Origin: Leptogorgia sarmentosa
Taxonomy: Eukaryota
Length of the DNA: 64,000 nt
Assembly (NCBI GenBank): GCA_964658305.1
Contig: OZ210885.1
Location: 22,196,001 to 22,260,000 of the forward strand
Direction of reading: 5' to 3'
Shown: piece after piece, positions 13,301 to 24,768 of the stretch
How the letters are laid out: every line of letters begins with the position of its first letter
Position numbering within the stretch: position 1 is the first letter of the stretch
Notes under the pieces: generated by a model
The model's database searches: none
What the model saw: only the letters and a program-made list of their open reading frames with translations
Told to the model about the DNA's origin: nothing
Program-made: the position numbers and the translations under genes

Positions 13301-14053
13301 GTCTATATTACTTGGATCACTGAACCAGACAAAACGTAACATGTCCCTGTCCAATTTATTTATACCAATCATCAAAAATGCCTTTTCAATATCGGCCGTA
13401 AGTGCAATTGGGTGCGATCTAAACTTTATTAAGATATCGAACAATTTGGGAATTAGATTAGGACCTTGTTCCAAGCAATCGTTTATCGAAGGTTCGTCGG
13501 GTTGAGATTTCGCGGAGCCATCATATACAACCCTTAATTTAGTTGTATCTTTGTCGGTACGCACCACAGTGTGATGCGGCATGTAGTGAACGGTGCCCCC
13601 TTCAGGAGATTCAGACAGTTCATTCTCTGGGATTCTTTCAACGACGCCACATTTCAATTGTTCCTTAATGATACTGTCATATTCGTTAAGTAGATCTGGT
13701 CGTTCTTTCAATCTTCGTTGTAATGACTTCAACCGATTATAACACAGCTCATAGTGTGTTCCCGGACGATTTTCCTTCCAGGGAAGACCAACTTCATAGC
13801 GATGTCCATCACGATTCACGTCAGTTAAGAATGGTGCTGTCTCGGTTCCACCAGCGAAATCCGTTATCCCGATTGCCTCCGTCTCCCAAAACTGCCTCAG
13901 TATCTTTGTTAGACCTTCATCATCCTCGGCTATATCATAACAGCTATCAGCTGGTTTCTCAACAATCAAATTTGAATGGACTGAACAGCCACCCGAATTT
14001 ACTGCTAACTGCAACAAGCTCAGAACTGCCCGCTCCACGCCTTGTGTCCCCAA
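10304..14053 (-). CDS. BEL/Pao pol (RT-RNase H-integrase), uninterrupted frame
   Basis: 1249-aa ORF with ADIEKAF, YVDD, HCPGTTNPAD, HHCC and DDE integrase motifs. The true start is upstream in the frameshifted gag-protease. Confidence 0.9.
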   Translation of the reverse strand: MGTQGVERAVLSLLQLAVNSGGCSVHSNLIVEKPADSCYDIAEDDEGLTKILRQFWETEAIGITDFAGGTETAPFLTDVNRDGHRYEVGLPWKENRPGTHYELCYNRLKSLQRRLKERPDLLNEYDSIIKEQLKCGVVERIPENELSESPEGGTVHYMPHHTVVRTDKDTTKLRVVYDGSAKSQPDEPSINDCLEQGPNLIPKLFDILIKFRSHPIALTADIEKAFLMIGINKLDRDMLRFVWFSDPSNIDSEILHLRFTRLVFGLRPSPAILGSILAHHLNSYTDLYPELIKRIEESLYVDDLISGGENEWKAFELYQSSKRILAEGNFNLRKWHMNSRSLLDRIHHTEAGDEMNQQSKDDIKPNSITEEDQSYTKSTLGSYDGEKEVDVVNVLGTKWNCKTDELCFNLSSIVEYARALPVTKRSLLKVTAKIFDPLGLLSPFIVRLKCLFQAVCVEGLGWDDPLEGKILDEWNRAIGELECLNTVRIPRCYFDPQSHPTEIQIHAFSDASNTAYAAVVYTRSSYENGNVQVRLLASKSRIAPIKKQSIPRLELLGAVILARLVDTLRESILGHGRIFYWVDSTTVLCWIKNDRVWKQYVSHRVEEIRRLTSRDAWRHCPGTTNPADLPSRGMSGPDLSTAQIWWNGPHFLLLPESEWPVCSNTSTIDAAATDELVKDQSSIVHVLPVSSANVDNLVDISKVISCERYSSLNRLVRVTAYVLRFGRNARNRDRNRVPALEGLTGELTSAEVSAAESLWVKSVQSRSFAKEIEFLKIRKENTTPPLVRQFGLFLDRQEILRCRGKINEATLSLTAKIPALLPPKHWFTELVIRDAHERVKHSGIRNTLAATREVFWILRGREAVKKSVRHCVICKKVEGVPYRPPATPELPEFRISDAPPFSHTGLDFAGPLHVKDISKETSSESRAELNKVYVLLLTCAATRAVHLELTRRLDVPTFLLAIQRFVARRGLPASFISDNARTFKSASKDLRKIIRSQEFSRYTTENRVGWKFIVDKGPWWGGFWERLVKTVKLCLKKIIGRAIVTYDELATILTEVESVINARPITYVYDDEESVSYALTPSHLINGRMITAMPNDHHYEIVSTSSTLSRRAKHQRNILQRFINQWRRDYLLNLRENSATNSRNSSNSTAISKGDIVLLRSDSTARNFWQLAVVEEFISSRDGAIRAAIVKTINGQGKPSRLKRVIQHLIPLEIRSTFQENRDDWPVRQNTRVRRDAAVVGELRRLEHI

Positions 14054-15775
14054 TCACAATGTTCCAGTAATGATCTGATCCTACTAATATGTCAATGACA
14101 CCGTCTGAGGATTCCCAATCATCGGCCAGATCCAGTCCCTTTAAATGTTGGCCTTCGACATTAACCTTAGAGGGTAACGGGGTACAAATAACAGGATAAG
14201 TTGTGGCTGTTATATCAATTACGTCGTTGCATTGTGGCTTCTTCAATTGTAAATTCACAATGTCACAGTTTTGCGTCTTGTATCTCGACTCTCCAAATGT
14301 GTTCAGTTTTATTTTGTCCTTAGTGATGGGCTTCAGTCCCAAACGTGAGCGCAAATTGACTGCCATTATCAAAAAGTATGCGAACTGGGATTGTTCGATT
14401 GTTTTCTTTGTTAAAGGCCATCGCTCGAGCAGTTTGCAGAAGAACATTCTTATCTTTCCTTGTCTTGGTTGCACTCGCCGTCATAACACTTTTCGAAGCT
14501 CCGACTTGCTCTTCGGGGAATTTACGCTTTACCTCACTATTAGCACCATGAACTCTTTCACAAATTGACTGGTGGTGTTTGCTATTACAATGTCTACAAT
14601 TCCGTGATGATTTACAGTCCCTAGACATATGGTTTGGGTTCAAACAAATAAAACATCGCCCCGACCTTCTCAAAGCGTCCTTTTGGTCTTTCGCGTTCAC
14701 GACCGTTTGGCAAGATGCGGAGTAATGCTCCCCTTGGCAGTAGACAAACTAATCCATCATTACTAAACAAAGCGTTTGTCGTACCTGCAGGTCTCTGGGT
14801 CTTGCCACTACTCGAACTTGCATTATGAACCTTGTTTACATCACTTGCTTCACGTGCTTCAATTTCCGCTTGAATCGTCTTGAGTAACTCGTTAATCTCC
14901 CATACCTCCCCTGATGCCTTTCTCGCCACTTGAAGTTTGATTTCACTTGGTAACTTGTCCATTATAATGGGGATGAGAAGACTGCCATACTGATCAGCCG
15001 CTACACCCAACGATTCTAGTCCTCTTACATGTATGCTTATCTTATCATAAACGTAACGCAGTGAAGACGGATTGTCTTTGTTACAACTGGGTATCTTCAA
15101 CAATTCATCCATGTGTGATGTTATGACACGCTGAGGTTTACCAAACCGTTCCTTTAAAAGCACAATCGCATGTTCATAATTTGCAGAGGTGAGTGATAAA
15201 CCTTGGATAGCACGAGCTGCTGCGCCTTCTAACAAGGAGTTTAGATAGTTAAACTTATCTATTGGCGATAATAGTGGATTGTCATGAACAGCAACTTGAT
15301 AAGAATCGCAAAACCCCGTCCAATTTGCAATGTTTCCTTTAAATTTCGACAACACTAACTTAGGTCATTTCGGTCGCAGTTGTGTCACCCCAGCAAGAGC
15401 ACTTAACTGAGCAGGGGGCGTCGCTGGTTCCGTAGTAACCGTCTCGTTCTCTTGATGCACGGCCGTACTCGAGGCCTCATTGTTATCGTTTAAACCCAAA
15501 TGTTCCACCGTATTATTGTCGTTCGTACTCGGCTCGTTCGGCAAAGTTTCCGTCGTATCCATCGTAATCGTTTCAGGTGTAGACAATTGTACTGTTAGTC
15601 GATTAATTCCATCCTGGATATTTCGTTGGGCATCCAATACACACGATAATATATTTTGTCTGCTGCTTCGATTTCATCTGCGATATCCGTAACTTCACAT
15701 AAATTTACAACTTGCGAATCCAAAACCTTTATTGTAGCTAACTTATCGTCCAACAAAGTACTTATAGTTTGTAAT
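13959..15775 (-). pseudogene. BEL/Pao gag-protease broken by several frameshifts
   Basis: Contiguous gag/protease pieces lie in different frames (15365-15637, 14621-15355, 14320-14700, 13959-14474). Gag N-terminal helices run to ~15775, where LINE sequence begins. Confidence 0.85.
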
Positions 15776-15892
15776 CTTTATTTAAATTATTTAAAAATTG
15801 TAGATCTTTATTTAAATTCAGTAAACTCTTCAGTGATACCACTGCTTTACAAGAGGGCCGACATTATATTAAAAATAGCTATATATACAATT

Positions 15893-18709
15893 TTAGGCAT
15901 GAGATGAGATACATTTTTTGAAGATTTGTAAACTATTACTACATTTTACTTCTTCTGGCAGTTCGTTCCAAACTTTTGCTCCAGAAAAGGCAAAACTTTT
16001 CTTTAGGAATTCTGTTTGTGCTCTTGGCAAAATTAGACTTAATTTTCTATTTCTAAGAGAATAAACTTGGTCCGTGTAAGACATTTTAAAATGGTCACGT
16101 AAGTAAACAGGAGCCATATTATTTAATATTTTATACATCATTATGAGTTTATGACTATTCCTTATTTCTGAAAGTGTTTTCCATTTCAATTGACTTCTAA
16201 TATCATTAGATCTTACTTCATAACCCTGACGAGTGATAACTCTTGCTGCACGATTTTGCAGTTTTTGAAGTCGTTGAGCAAGTGTGATTGACATGTTATC
16301 CAAAACAACATCACAATAGTCAAATATTGGTTGAATTAGTGAATTATATATTGTAAGTAATGTTGAAACGGTAACAAACTCTCTCACTTGCCGAAGACCG
16401 GAAATTCCGGAGCATATGGTCTTAGAGATTTTATCAATATGATCTCTCCATGACAATCTTTCGTCAATAAATACCCCTAGTGATTTTGATACTTTAACTC
16501 TTCTTATGGGTTTTCCACCCAAAAATAAATGTGGTATGTCCCGAAGTTTGTCAAGATTACTGTCAGACGCAATGAACATATACTCCGTTTTGGTAACATT
16601 CAGGGTAAGTTTATTTGCTTTGAGCCATATGCGAATATTATCAAGATCTGTATTGGCTCCAGATGCTATTTCCTTTATCGACTTTCCAGTTGTAGTTATA
16701 TTTGTATCATCCGCATACATTCGTGCTGTAGAATGTTGCAGACAAGAAGGAAGGTCATTAATGTAAACAAGAAATAGCAAAGGACCAAGAATAGATCCTT
16801 GAGGTACCCCACATATCAACGAGCGCTCACTCGATACTAGACCATATACATTACATTTTTGTTTTCGGTCAAATAGATACGATTTAAACCAATTGAGGCT
16901 CATTGAATCAACTCCATAAATCTGAAGTTTGCTCAACAATATCTCATGATCCACCGTATCAAATGCCTTGGCTAAATCAAGAAACACTACAGAATTCAAT
17001 TGACCTTTATCCATATTGCTTAACCATTCTGTAGTTGCGTCCAAAAGTGCGCTTGTGGTGGAGTGAACTGGTCTAAATCCAGACTGTTTATTATAAATTA
17101 GGCCATTTTTATTAAGGTATGCTTGCAACTGGTCATAAACGATTCGTTCAAAAATTTTGCTCACAGCACTTAGAACAGAAATTGGTCTGTAGTTATTTAA
17201 AAGATCTTTTGCATCTCCTTTATGAAGTGGCTTAACCTTTGCAATTTTCCAATCATCTGGAAATACACCAGTTCCTATTGAGCAGTTAAATAAGTTGCAT
17301 AATGAGTCTGATATCACTGACGCGGCACATTTTAACAATTTAGCCGGAATCTCATCAAGACTCATTGCTTTTCCTTCCTGCAATGAAGAGAGTAACTCAA
17401 AAACAGCAGTTGGGGTTGTCAAATTTAACGTGAAAACCGTATCCGCTTGTTTTAAATAATCACCAAAACTGCAATTATTTAATTCATTCGGTTCATCAGG
17501 TCTCAATTTCAACCCAATTTCTGCAAAATGATTATTAAAACACTCTGTTAAGTCAGCTGAGTCACTGATCACTCTATCATTGCACGTAAGATGAGAGATC
17601 TCGTCTGACGTAGCATTACGAGACATTAGCTCATTGATTGATTTCCAAATTTCTTTTGGATTTCCCGAATTAGTTTTAAAATATTGATGGTAATAATCGG
17701 TTTTTGCTTGTCTAATTTTATTATTGCACGTATTTCTCGCATCTTTGTATTTTTTCCAGTCAGCTGGATTTTTTGACAACACTGCTAGTTTCTTAAGTTT
17801 GTCTCTTTGCAAAAATAATTGTTTTAGACTTGCATTCATCCAGGGACTTCTATTATTTCTAAGCCGTTTACGTTTTAATGGAGCGTGATTATCAACAACA
17901 TTCATAAACATCGATTTCCACAATTCCCATCGGTCATTTGCATTTTCAAGATTATCAACAAGTGACCACGGTAGACTGGTTAATTCATTTTTGAATCTAT
18001 CAGCGTTGAAGTTTTTCATGGATCTAATATTAACAACACGATGCCTGCTCTTAGTTTTGATAGCGACTTTGCACACAACGTAAACCAAACTATGATCGCT
18101 TATGCCCAAATGTAGAACACCTGATGTAACGACTCTTTCTGGGGTGTTTGTGAGAATCACGTCAATTAAGGTTTGGCTATTTTCATTACACCTGGTGGGC
18201 TCTTTGATTAGTTGTTCAAGCTGAAATAATTCTGAAAATGAGTTTAATAGCGTTATGGGTCGACGACTCCTTTCGGCAAGCAGATCAGAATTTAAATCAC
18301 CTAATAAATATGTTTCTCTTTGTTCATTGTCAAGTAGATTAAAAATACTAGTCGTATGATCAAAATACATATCCGGATCGCTTTCAGGTGGTCGGTAACT
18401 TACTACCACGGTAAATGGTTTACTGTTTGGCTTTATAATATCAATCACAATGGTTTCTGTGTCATCGGACATAACATCGCACCGAACCTTGAAGTTGACG
18501 TGATTTTTCAAATATATACAAACTCCCCCACCATATCGGTTTCGGTCTTTCCTAATCAATTGATAATTATCAAGTTTAACACGATTGTCAGTTACATCTC
18601 TATCTAAGCGTGTTTCATTCAAAGCTATTAAGTCAATATTTTGTTCTGACAACCAAGTGCGTAATTCTTCAAAATGACGAGGAAGACTACCAATATTTAA
18701 GGAGACCAT
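15893..18709 (-). CDS. LINE ORF2: AP endonuclease plus reverse transcriptase
   Basis: 938-aa open frame with LNET, GDLN, SDH (APE) and DLAKAFD, GVPQGSILGP, YADD (RT). Confidence 0.95.
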   Translation of the reverse strand: MVSLNIGSLPRHFEELRTWLSEQNIDLIALNETRLDRDVTDNRVKLDNYQLIRKDRNRYGGGVCIYLKNHVNFKVRCDVMSDDTETIVIDIIKPNSKPFTVVVSYRPPESDPDMYFDHTTSIFNLLDNEQRETYLLGDLNSDLLAERSRRPITLLNSFSELFQLEQLIKEPTRCNENSQTLIDVILTNTPERVVTSGVLHLGISDHSLVYVVCKVAIKTKSRHRVVNIRSMKNFNADRFKNELTSLPWSLVDNLENANDRWELWKSMFMNVVDNHAPLKRKRLRNNRSPWMNASLKQLFLQRDKLKKLAVLSKNPADWKKYKDARNTCNNKIRQAKTDYYHQYFKTNSGNPKEIWKSINELMSRNATSDEISHLTCNDRVISDSADLTECFNNHFAEIGLKLRPDEPNELNNCSFGDYLKQADTVFTLNLTTPTAVFELLSSLQEGKAMSLDEIPAKLLKCAASVISDSLCNLFNCSIGTGVFPDDWKIAKVKPLHKGDAKDLLNNYRPISVLSAVSKIFERIVYDQLQAYLNKNGLIYNKQSGFRPVHSTTSALLDATTEWLSNMDKGQLNSVVFLDLAKAFDTVDHEILLSKLQIYGVDSMSLNWFKSYLFDRKQKCNVYGLVSSERSLICGVPQGSILGPLLFLVYINDLPSCLQHSTARMYADDTNITTTGKSIKEIASGANTDLDNIRIWLKANKLTLNVTKTEYMFIASDSNLDKLRDIPHLFLGGKPIRRVKVSKSLGVFIDERLSWRDHIDKISKTICSGISGLRQVREFVTVSTLLTIYNSLIQPIFDYCDVVLDNMSITLAQRLQKLQNRAARVITRQGYEVRSNDIRSQLKWKTLSEIRNSHKLIMMYKILNNMAPVYLRDHFKMSYTDQVYSLRNRKLSLILPRAQTEFLKKSFAFSGAKVWNELPEEVKCSNSLQIFKKCISSHA

Positions 18710-18775
18710 TTTAAAACCTCTTACCTGTGGTATATGAAAATTATCTCGTATCTCATCACAGCCTTTTTCGTTTAG

Positions 18776-20180
18776 TCAATCTAAATTATCTAGGTAATTC
18801 TTAAAGTTTCTTGCAAGGTTTATTGTGCCACGATTATTCAGATGAACTTTGCGGCCATTTAAACAGTTAGAATCAATATTATTATGGATAATTAATTTCA
18901 AACCCTTAGATTTAGCTAAAGAACTAAGGGTCTCGTTCACACATACACGCTTCTGTTCAAGTTCAGCCGAATCTTGGCGTACGATTAGTTGGGAAATAGC
19001 AATATTTGTTGACGGAGAATCATGATTAACAATGCTACAGACTTTCTCAATTTCCTTTGCGATTTCGCTTGGAGTATTCGATCTGAGATTATTTGTCCCA
19101 ACGTGTAAAATTAAATTATCTGGTTTATACTTAAGTGATGGCTTGATATAGTGGGACATGTCTTCGACTTTTGCTCCAGAGAATGATTTCACTGTCACAC
19201 GTCGAGATTTGTCAGACATCTTCCAACCTTGTAATCGTGATATCATAGAATCACCAACTATGACGGTAGAATTTCGATTCTTATACTCTGTATACTCCGA
19301 TGATTTTCCTTCGAGAAAACTATTAGATTCTGCATCGTTTGGTTTTTGTTCACCCTCGTTGTTGATTTGCGATTTCTTATTTTTATATTTACGTAATGTT
19401 TTCGTCCTCATTGTCGACCGGGCTTTTCCCAGCAGTGTTTACGCTTTCCAATACATCATTGCATTTAACACTTGTGGGTTCGGTATTTGTCATGAGTAAT
19501 TTAATGACCGTTACGAGACTAGCTTTCTCCTCTTCTAGCTTTTTAATATATTCTTTTTGAATATTCTCTCGGTTTTTAAGTTCGTCAATTTCTTTATAGC
19601 ATTGACATTGTACAGGTGAATGATTTACCTGCTTTCCTTGAGTGCAAGAATATGCTTTAATCTTTTCTACCTCATTACGTAGATCTTTTAGCTCACTCAT
19701 AACAGCATCACGAAAAATACTTTCCATATTCATTTGAACGTTCTCGCCAGTATCGATGTTTGACTGACTACAGAGAATTACACTGTCGTCGACCGACCCC
19801 GGTGATGCTTCGTGAGGTTTCAGTGGTTGAAATTCATCTTCTGCTTCGTCTTCGCAGCCATTTTTAATTATATTCATACTTGAAGGAATGACAGGTGACG
19901 CCTTGTTTTCATCAATGATCTTGTGTAAATTGTTTAATAAGGCGTTTTGCCCCGCGCCAAACAATTTAAGCGTTCCTGTTGTTATGTAGAAACGCACTGA
20001 GATGTCGTTGAGCTTATATGTGAAAGCATTGTGCTTCTTGTCTTCTTTCAATTCGCCTTCAGAGTCATCTTCGATGTCTAAGATAGCATTTACAAACTTT
20101 TGCAAATCTTCTGGAGAGCTTTTCCACAAGAAAGAATCATCACTTTCACTATATTTTAGATGTTTCTTTAATAGCGACAT
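18776..20180 (-). CDS. LINE ORF1: coiled coil plus SGNH/GDSL esterase-like domain, split by one frameshift near 19400
   Basis: IVGDSM, SFSGA, HVGTNN and HLN motifs in 18776-19411. The coiled-coil half (19389-20216, ATG at 20180) overlaps it in another frame. Confidence 0.85.
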
Positions 20181-20877
20181 AATAGCTAAATAATAGCTAA
20201 GCAAATCTAGCACCAAATTATTTTATTTTACGGAGCTAGCAAATACACGTCTGCTCACCAAGACAGCCAGACAGACCCACCCAAAATCACCCCTACCACC
20301 CAACCTACTAGATGCACCCAACCTGCTAGATCCACCAGCCACCCCATCACCCTGACGCTAACCCAACTAGGTAGAAACACCCGGCACACCCAGATACAAT
20401 GACCACAACCACCTACCTACCTACTTACCCACTCATTAAGTACCTAATATCTACCTACAGCTACATGGCCACCATGTAATATTTATAAAAAATTAACAGC
20501 ATCTTCTGCACCTTGAGAGAAAGCATGCAGGGTAAGGGAGGGGAGAGTTGATAACCCCTTGTTAAAGAGCAGTAATATGGCTAAACAAACAAAAGCATAT
20601 AAAGCCAGGTTTTCATTGTAGGCTATTAAAGGCACACAGTCAGCGTTTGGACAATGAAATCATTTAATGAATGTAATGCTTTGGCTTTAGCTAGAAATAT
20701 AGCTAGTGAAAATATTGTTAGAATAGGGCAATACTTGTAATCAAGATGAAAAGTCTAAAAATAATGTGTGGGCATGATATTGTATGCCCTGCAAACCCAC
20801 CCTTTTGTTAAAGTAGCAGTAGCAAAACCTTTTTATCTTTACACAGATGACCACATATTTTTGATTATAATACTAAC

Positions 20878-21703
20878 CTTCAAGGACATATAGTGGTGTC
20901 CATTATGCCCATAATAGAGTGTTCCCACCACACCTCCCTTTACTGGTGCCTTGATATGCTTTACATATTCAGCCTTGCTTGACTATATTAAATTGAATCA
21001 CAGCTAGCAGCGTCAAAATTACCTGAGTATGTATTTTCAAAGCTGTATATACACTTTAAAACAGAAAAACTATACACAAACAGAAAAATGAGAAAATGAA
21101 AGTATTACCCCATGTGAAGTTATGATTATGATATCACGCTGAAGCATCTCTGACAAAGCTCGAATGATCATCGAATTTGCATAATTTTCCTCCAAAAGAC
21201 GCAACGACATTTCCCACGTTTGTGGCTTTTTTTCTCCACCAAAATCTATATCACACAAATAGTGATATCGATCTATTCCATCGCTCTATATAATTTATTT
21301 AATTAAATTAAAAAGAAACATTACAATAAAATATAAATTGATGAATAGTATTGTATACTGTCTATCATCTATGATATACTGTGTTTAAAGGTCATGAGAT
21401 GAAAAGACTTATTCTTTATAATTTTAATATGTAAAGATGTACAGCTAGAACACAAGGACGATGGAATACTTAAAAGTATTTGAATGTATAATAGCGGAAT
21501 ATTATTAAATAAAATAGTAATACCGTGATTCGATGACTTCTCAGGTATTCAAATACCATACTGTGAATGGTTTCAGTTTTCAGACCAAGTTGAAAAGCTG
21601 TAGCTGCATAAAAACACCGTCCATCACCTGGCGGATTGTATGAAACCACAAAACCTTCATCGCGAATCCTTTTCAATAGCTGGTCATGTGGTGGTGATTC
21701 CAT
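20878..21703 (-). CDS. Spliced OTU-family cysteine protease (deubiquitinase-like); 3' part unresolved
   Basis: Exon 1 PGDGRCFYAA (catalytic Cys box), exon 2 YANSMIIRALSEMLQRDIIII, exon 3 LYYGHNGHHYMSL (His box). The junctions checked are GT-AG and in phase. Confidence 0.75.
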
Positions 21704-21807
21704 TGTTTCTCAGATATCCGTGTTGCACGTGTACGTTTACGACTTGGTTACGATGCGCAAAAATTCGGTGTTTCCGTAACACACCATCGAAATTTTATCC
21801 CCCATAA

Positions 21808-21868
21808 GCCTGCACGTGGTCTGTTAGTCTGCAGTCTGCGGTCTGCAGTCTGCATTTTAGACCTGCCG
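21808..21868 (-). mobile_element. Orphan DNA-transposon terminus (CGGCAGGTCTAAAATGCAGACTGCAGAC...) upstream of the OTU gene
   Basis: Short (GCAGACT)n repeats ending in CCG resemble invertebrate TIR ends. No partner end was found in the window. Confidence 0.45.
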
Positions 21869-22668
21869 TTTCACACATTAATACTCACAACTGTAGAGAG
21901 CAGAAATTAAATTTTAATTGTCATAATAATTGAAATTTTAACTAGGAATACATATATGCAGCAACCCTTGCCTTACTAACCAATTAATGCAACTACATTT
22001 TTGGAACATGAAGTACTTCAAAGGTTGTTGTCATGGCAACACCACAGAGGATATATCATACAGAGATATAACTGGTGTAAATCAATATGAAAAAACTCAT
22101 TTTCACGTACCCTCTTTTTAGTGCAAAGTTTAACTTTGCAGTATTGTGATGAGGGGCAAAAATTCACATCAGCGATTCAGCTATTCATTTATAGTGTAAA
22201 CTCCGGGGGGAGAGTCCCAAATTCTCCTGATATGCGAAACTCTGTAGTTGACTGAAATCCTCACAATGTTTGATCCTCACATTGTTCATGATTATTAAAG
22301 TTATTCTTATGGATAAATAAGTTATTTAGGTGAGTTAAACGTGATCTAAACCAACAAATTACAATACACAATAGCGGAAATCTATGGCGTTCCATCGCCG
22401 CCAAAATTCAAAGTTGCTACTCGTAATTCACATGACACAATAATAAAGTTCACGAACATCAACTTTCAATTTCACAACTCAACTGTCTTTCCCGGAATCT
22501 TTTTTACATCTTTCATTGAAACAATGTTACGACTTGCAATATCAAATGTTGCGATTTGTAATGTTGAATGTTGACATCTGCAGAACGTACCAAGGCCGCC
22601 AAAAAGTATCGGGTGTCGTAATGACGTCATCTTTCAGACACGTGCAAAATAGTGGCGTTGTTGACAAC

Positions 22669-24702
22669 ATGGCGGAACTAACAATAAGCACGGTGACAAA
22701 TGCTATAAAAGAAATAGCGGGCACAATAGAGCATTTAAGCAATGCAAGCGATGTTGATTTGGTAAAATTAAGGCTTGACTACGTAAACGGAATGCTCGTT
22801 ACGTTGGATGTACCTGACGAAATTGTAAATACAATGTCCTCAGTACACCAGCAGTTGGAAAGATTTGTACTGGATAGCAATCATGGCAGTGATGCACAGT
22901 ATTATGGCTATCAGGCTTCGTCGACTCCCTCTATAGGTCGCGGAAGACCAACAATTGATATTTCAAGGGAGCAGTTGGCATTTTTGGTAGATCAAGGATT
23001 TACAGCTGGGGAAATGAGCGGCGTTTTGGGGGTAGGGAAGCGAACTGTGCAAAGAAGACTTGCAGCGTTTGGTATCAGTATTTGTGGTGAGTTTGATACC
23101 TCTATTGTGCAATAAATGTCAGTGGTTCGTCAATTCTTGTCCACCCTAAATTATGTAGGTACCCAAAAATTGCATATAAATTGGTTGTGGAAATTTTAAA
23201 AATTTTTATTGAAATTAGATACATACAGTAACATAACGGACGACGAACTAGACATGCTAGTGATGTCTGCGCAAAGAGAGAATCCCAGTATTGGCATCCG
23301 AATGCTCAAAGGATATCTTCACAGTAAAGGCCACAGAACACAGCGAGAAAGAATTAGGCAATCACTTCTAAGAACAGATCCTTCTGGGGCTGCCCAACGA
23401 TGGAAGCAAGCTGTTAAGAGAAGAACGTACAATGTACATTCCCCCTTGGCCCTGTGGCACATAGATGGAAATCATAAGCTAATACGGTATTGTTTTAACT
23501 ACTTGATGCTAAGTAGAGTAGCCAAATATTCCAATTGACGATTACCAAAATAAAATAGTGTGATTGATTATTAGGTGCTCCTCTCTCATTTAGGTGGAGG
23601 ATTGTTGTCCATGGTGGAATTGATGGTTATTCCAGGATACCTGTATATATACATGCATCAAATAATAATAGGGCAGACACTGTTCTTCAATTGTTTGTGG
23701 CGGCTGTTGAAGAATTTGGTTTGCCATCCCGCGTGCGCTCTGACAAAGGAGGGGAAAATGTTGATGTTTCATGGTACATGATTTCACATCCGCAAAGGGG
23801 ACCAGGAAGAGGAAGCATGATTACAGGTTTCTAACTTGCAATGCATGTGATAATGGTCTGGAAATTACGTTCCAAAGAAGTTACATTAATTGATGAATGA
23901 ATTTAAATTTTTCACATCTGTTTTGGCAGGCAAAAGCAAACATAACCAACGTATAGAGAGACTGTGGAGAGATGTATTTCAGGAATGCCTTGTATTATTT
24001 TATAACACATTCCATGAATTGGAGAGGAGTGGCCTGCTTGACGTTGACAACGATATTCACTTGTGGTGTCTTCATTACGTTTTCCTACCAGTAGTGAATA
24101 GACATTTACAATCATGGAAGAATGCCTGGATACATCATCCTCTGAGAACAGAAACAAATTCTACACCAATGCAACTATGGGTGAAGGGGCTTCACCGTGT
24201 GTGTCACAGTGGCTTGGATGTATCAAGAGAGGCATTTCAGGTAAGTTACTACAAGTTACATGTTAATTAGAATGTCATACAACATTGCATGTATCTGTAA
24301 CTTGTATAATGTATAATCATGTGTATGTGAGTCAAATAATAGTCATTTAGCACACAGAATGGACACTGTAAATTGCACGGCAAGTAGCATTTAAACTTCC
24401 AGTTTAGTCCAAGATGTCATTCATGTTCAGTTAAAGACAGGAACCTTGTTATCCAACATGCTAAATAACCGTCTAAAAAATCCATGTTCTTTCAACTTTG
24501 CTAGGGGGATTTTTCAAATTATGGCATAGATCTTGGAGGACCTGTACCACCACATGAGTCAGAATCTGTAGAAGTGCCTGAAACAGTGTGTCCTTTGGAT
24601 TTGCAAGGGGTAGAAGGTATGGCACAATTTGTTGCACCTGAAGGAATGCTAATACATGATGTTGTTGAACTATATATTAATGCTGTGGAGTTTATTACTT
24701 AA
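22669..24702 (+). CDS. IS3/integrase-core DDE transposase with N-terminal HTH, ~475 aa, apparently intact
   Basis: Exons 22669-23086, 23219-23486, 23594-23826, 23930-24240, 24505-24702 join in frame (1428 nt). Catalytic motifs [27 protein letters not shown]. Confidence 0.9.
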
Positions 24703-24768
24703 GCAAAGTGATATAACTTAATATCAAATGTAACATAACTCAACATACAATGTAAATGAAATAGCATG

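Larger units (their letters stand above)
10141..15775 (-). mobile_element. BEL/Pao LTR retrotransposon, 5'-truncated; only the 3' LTR is present
   Basis: Gag (DUF1759-like, Zn knuckles CFICLNPNH, CRHCNSKHHQSIC), protease (ILFDNGSQ), RT (YVDD), Pao-type RNase H (FSDAS, SIPRLELLGA) and integrase (GLDFAGP, SDNA, GGFWERL). Confidence 0.93.
15774..20270 (-). mobile_element. Near full-length CR1/L2-group LINE (esterase ORF1 plus APE-RT ORF2)
   Basis: Two-ORF organisation, short 3' UTR, and a tail with repeated ATCTTTATTTAAATT. The 5' boundary is approximate. Confidence 0.9.
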
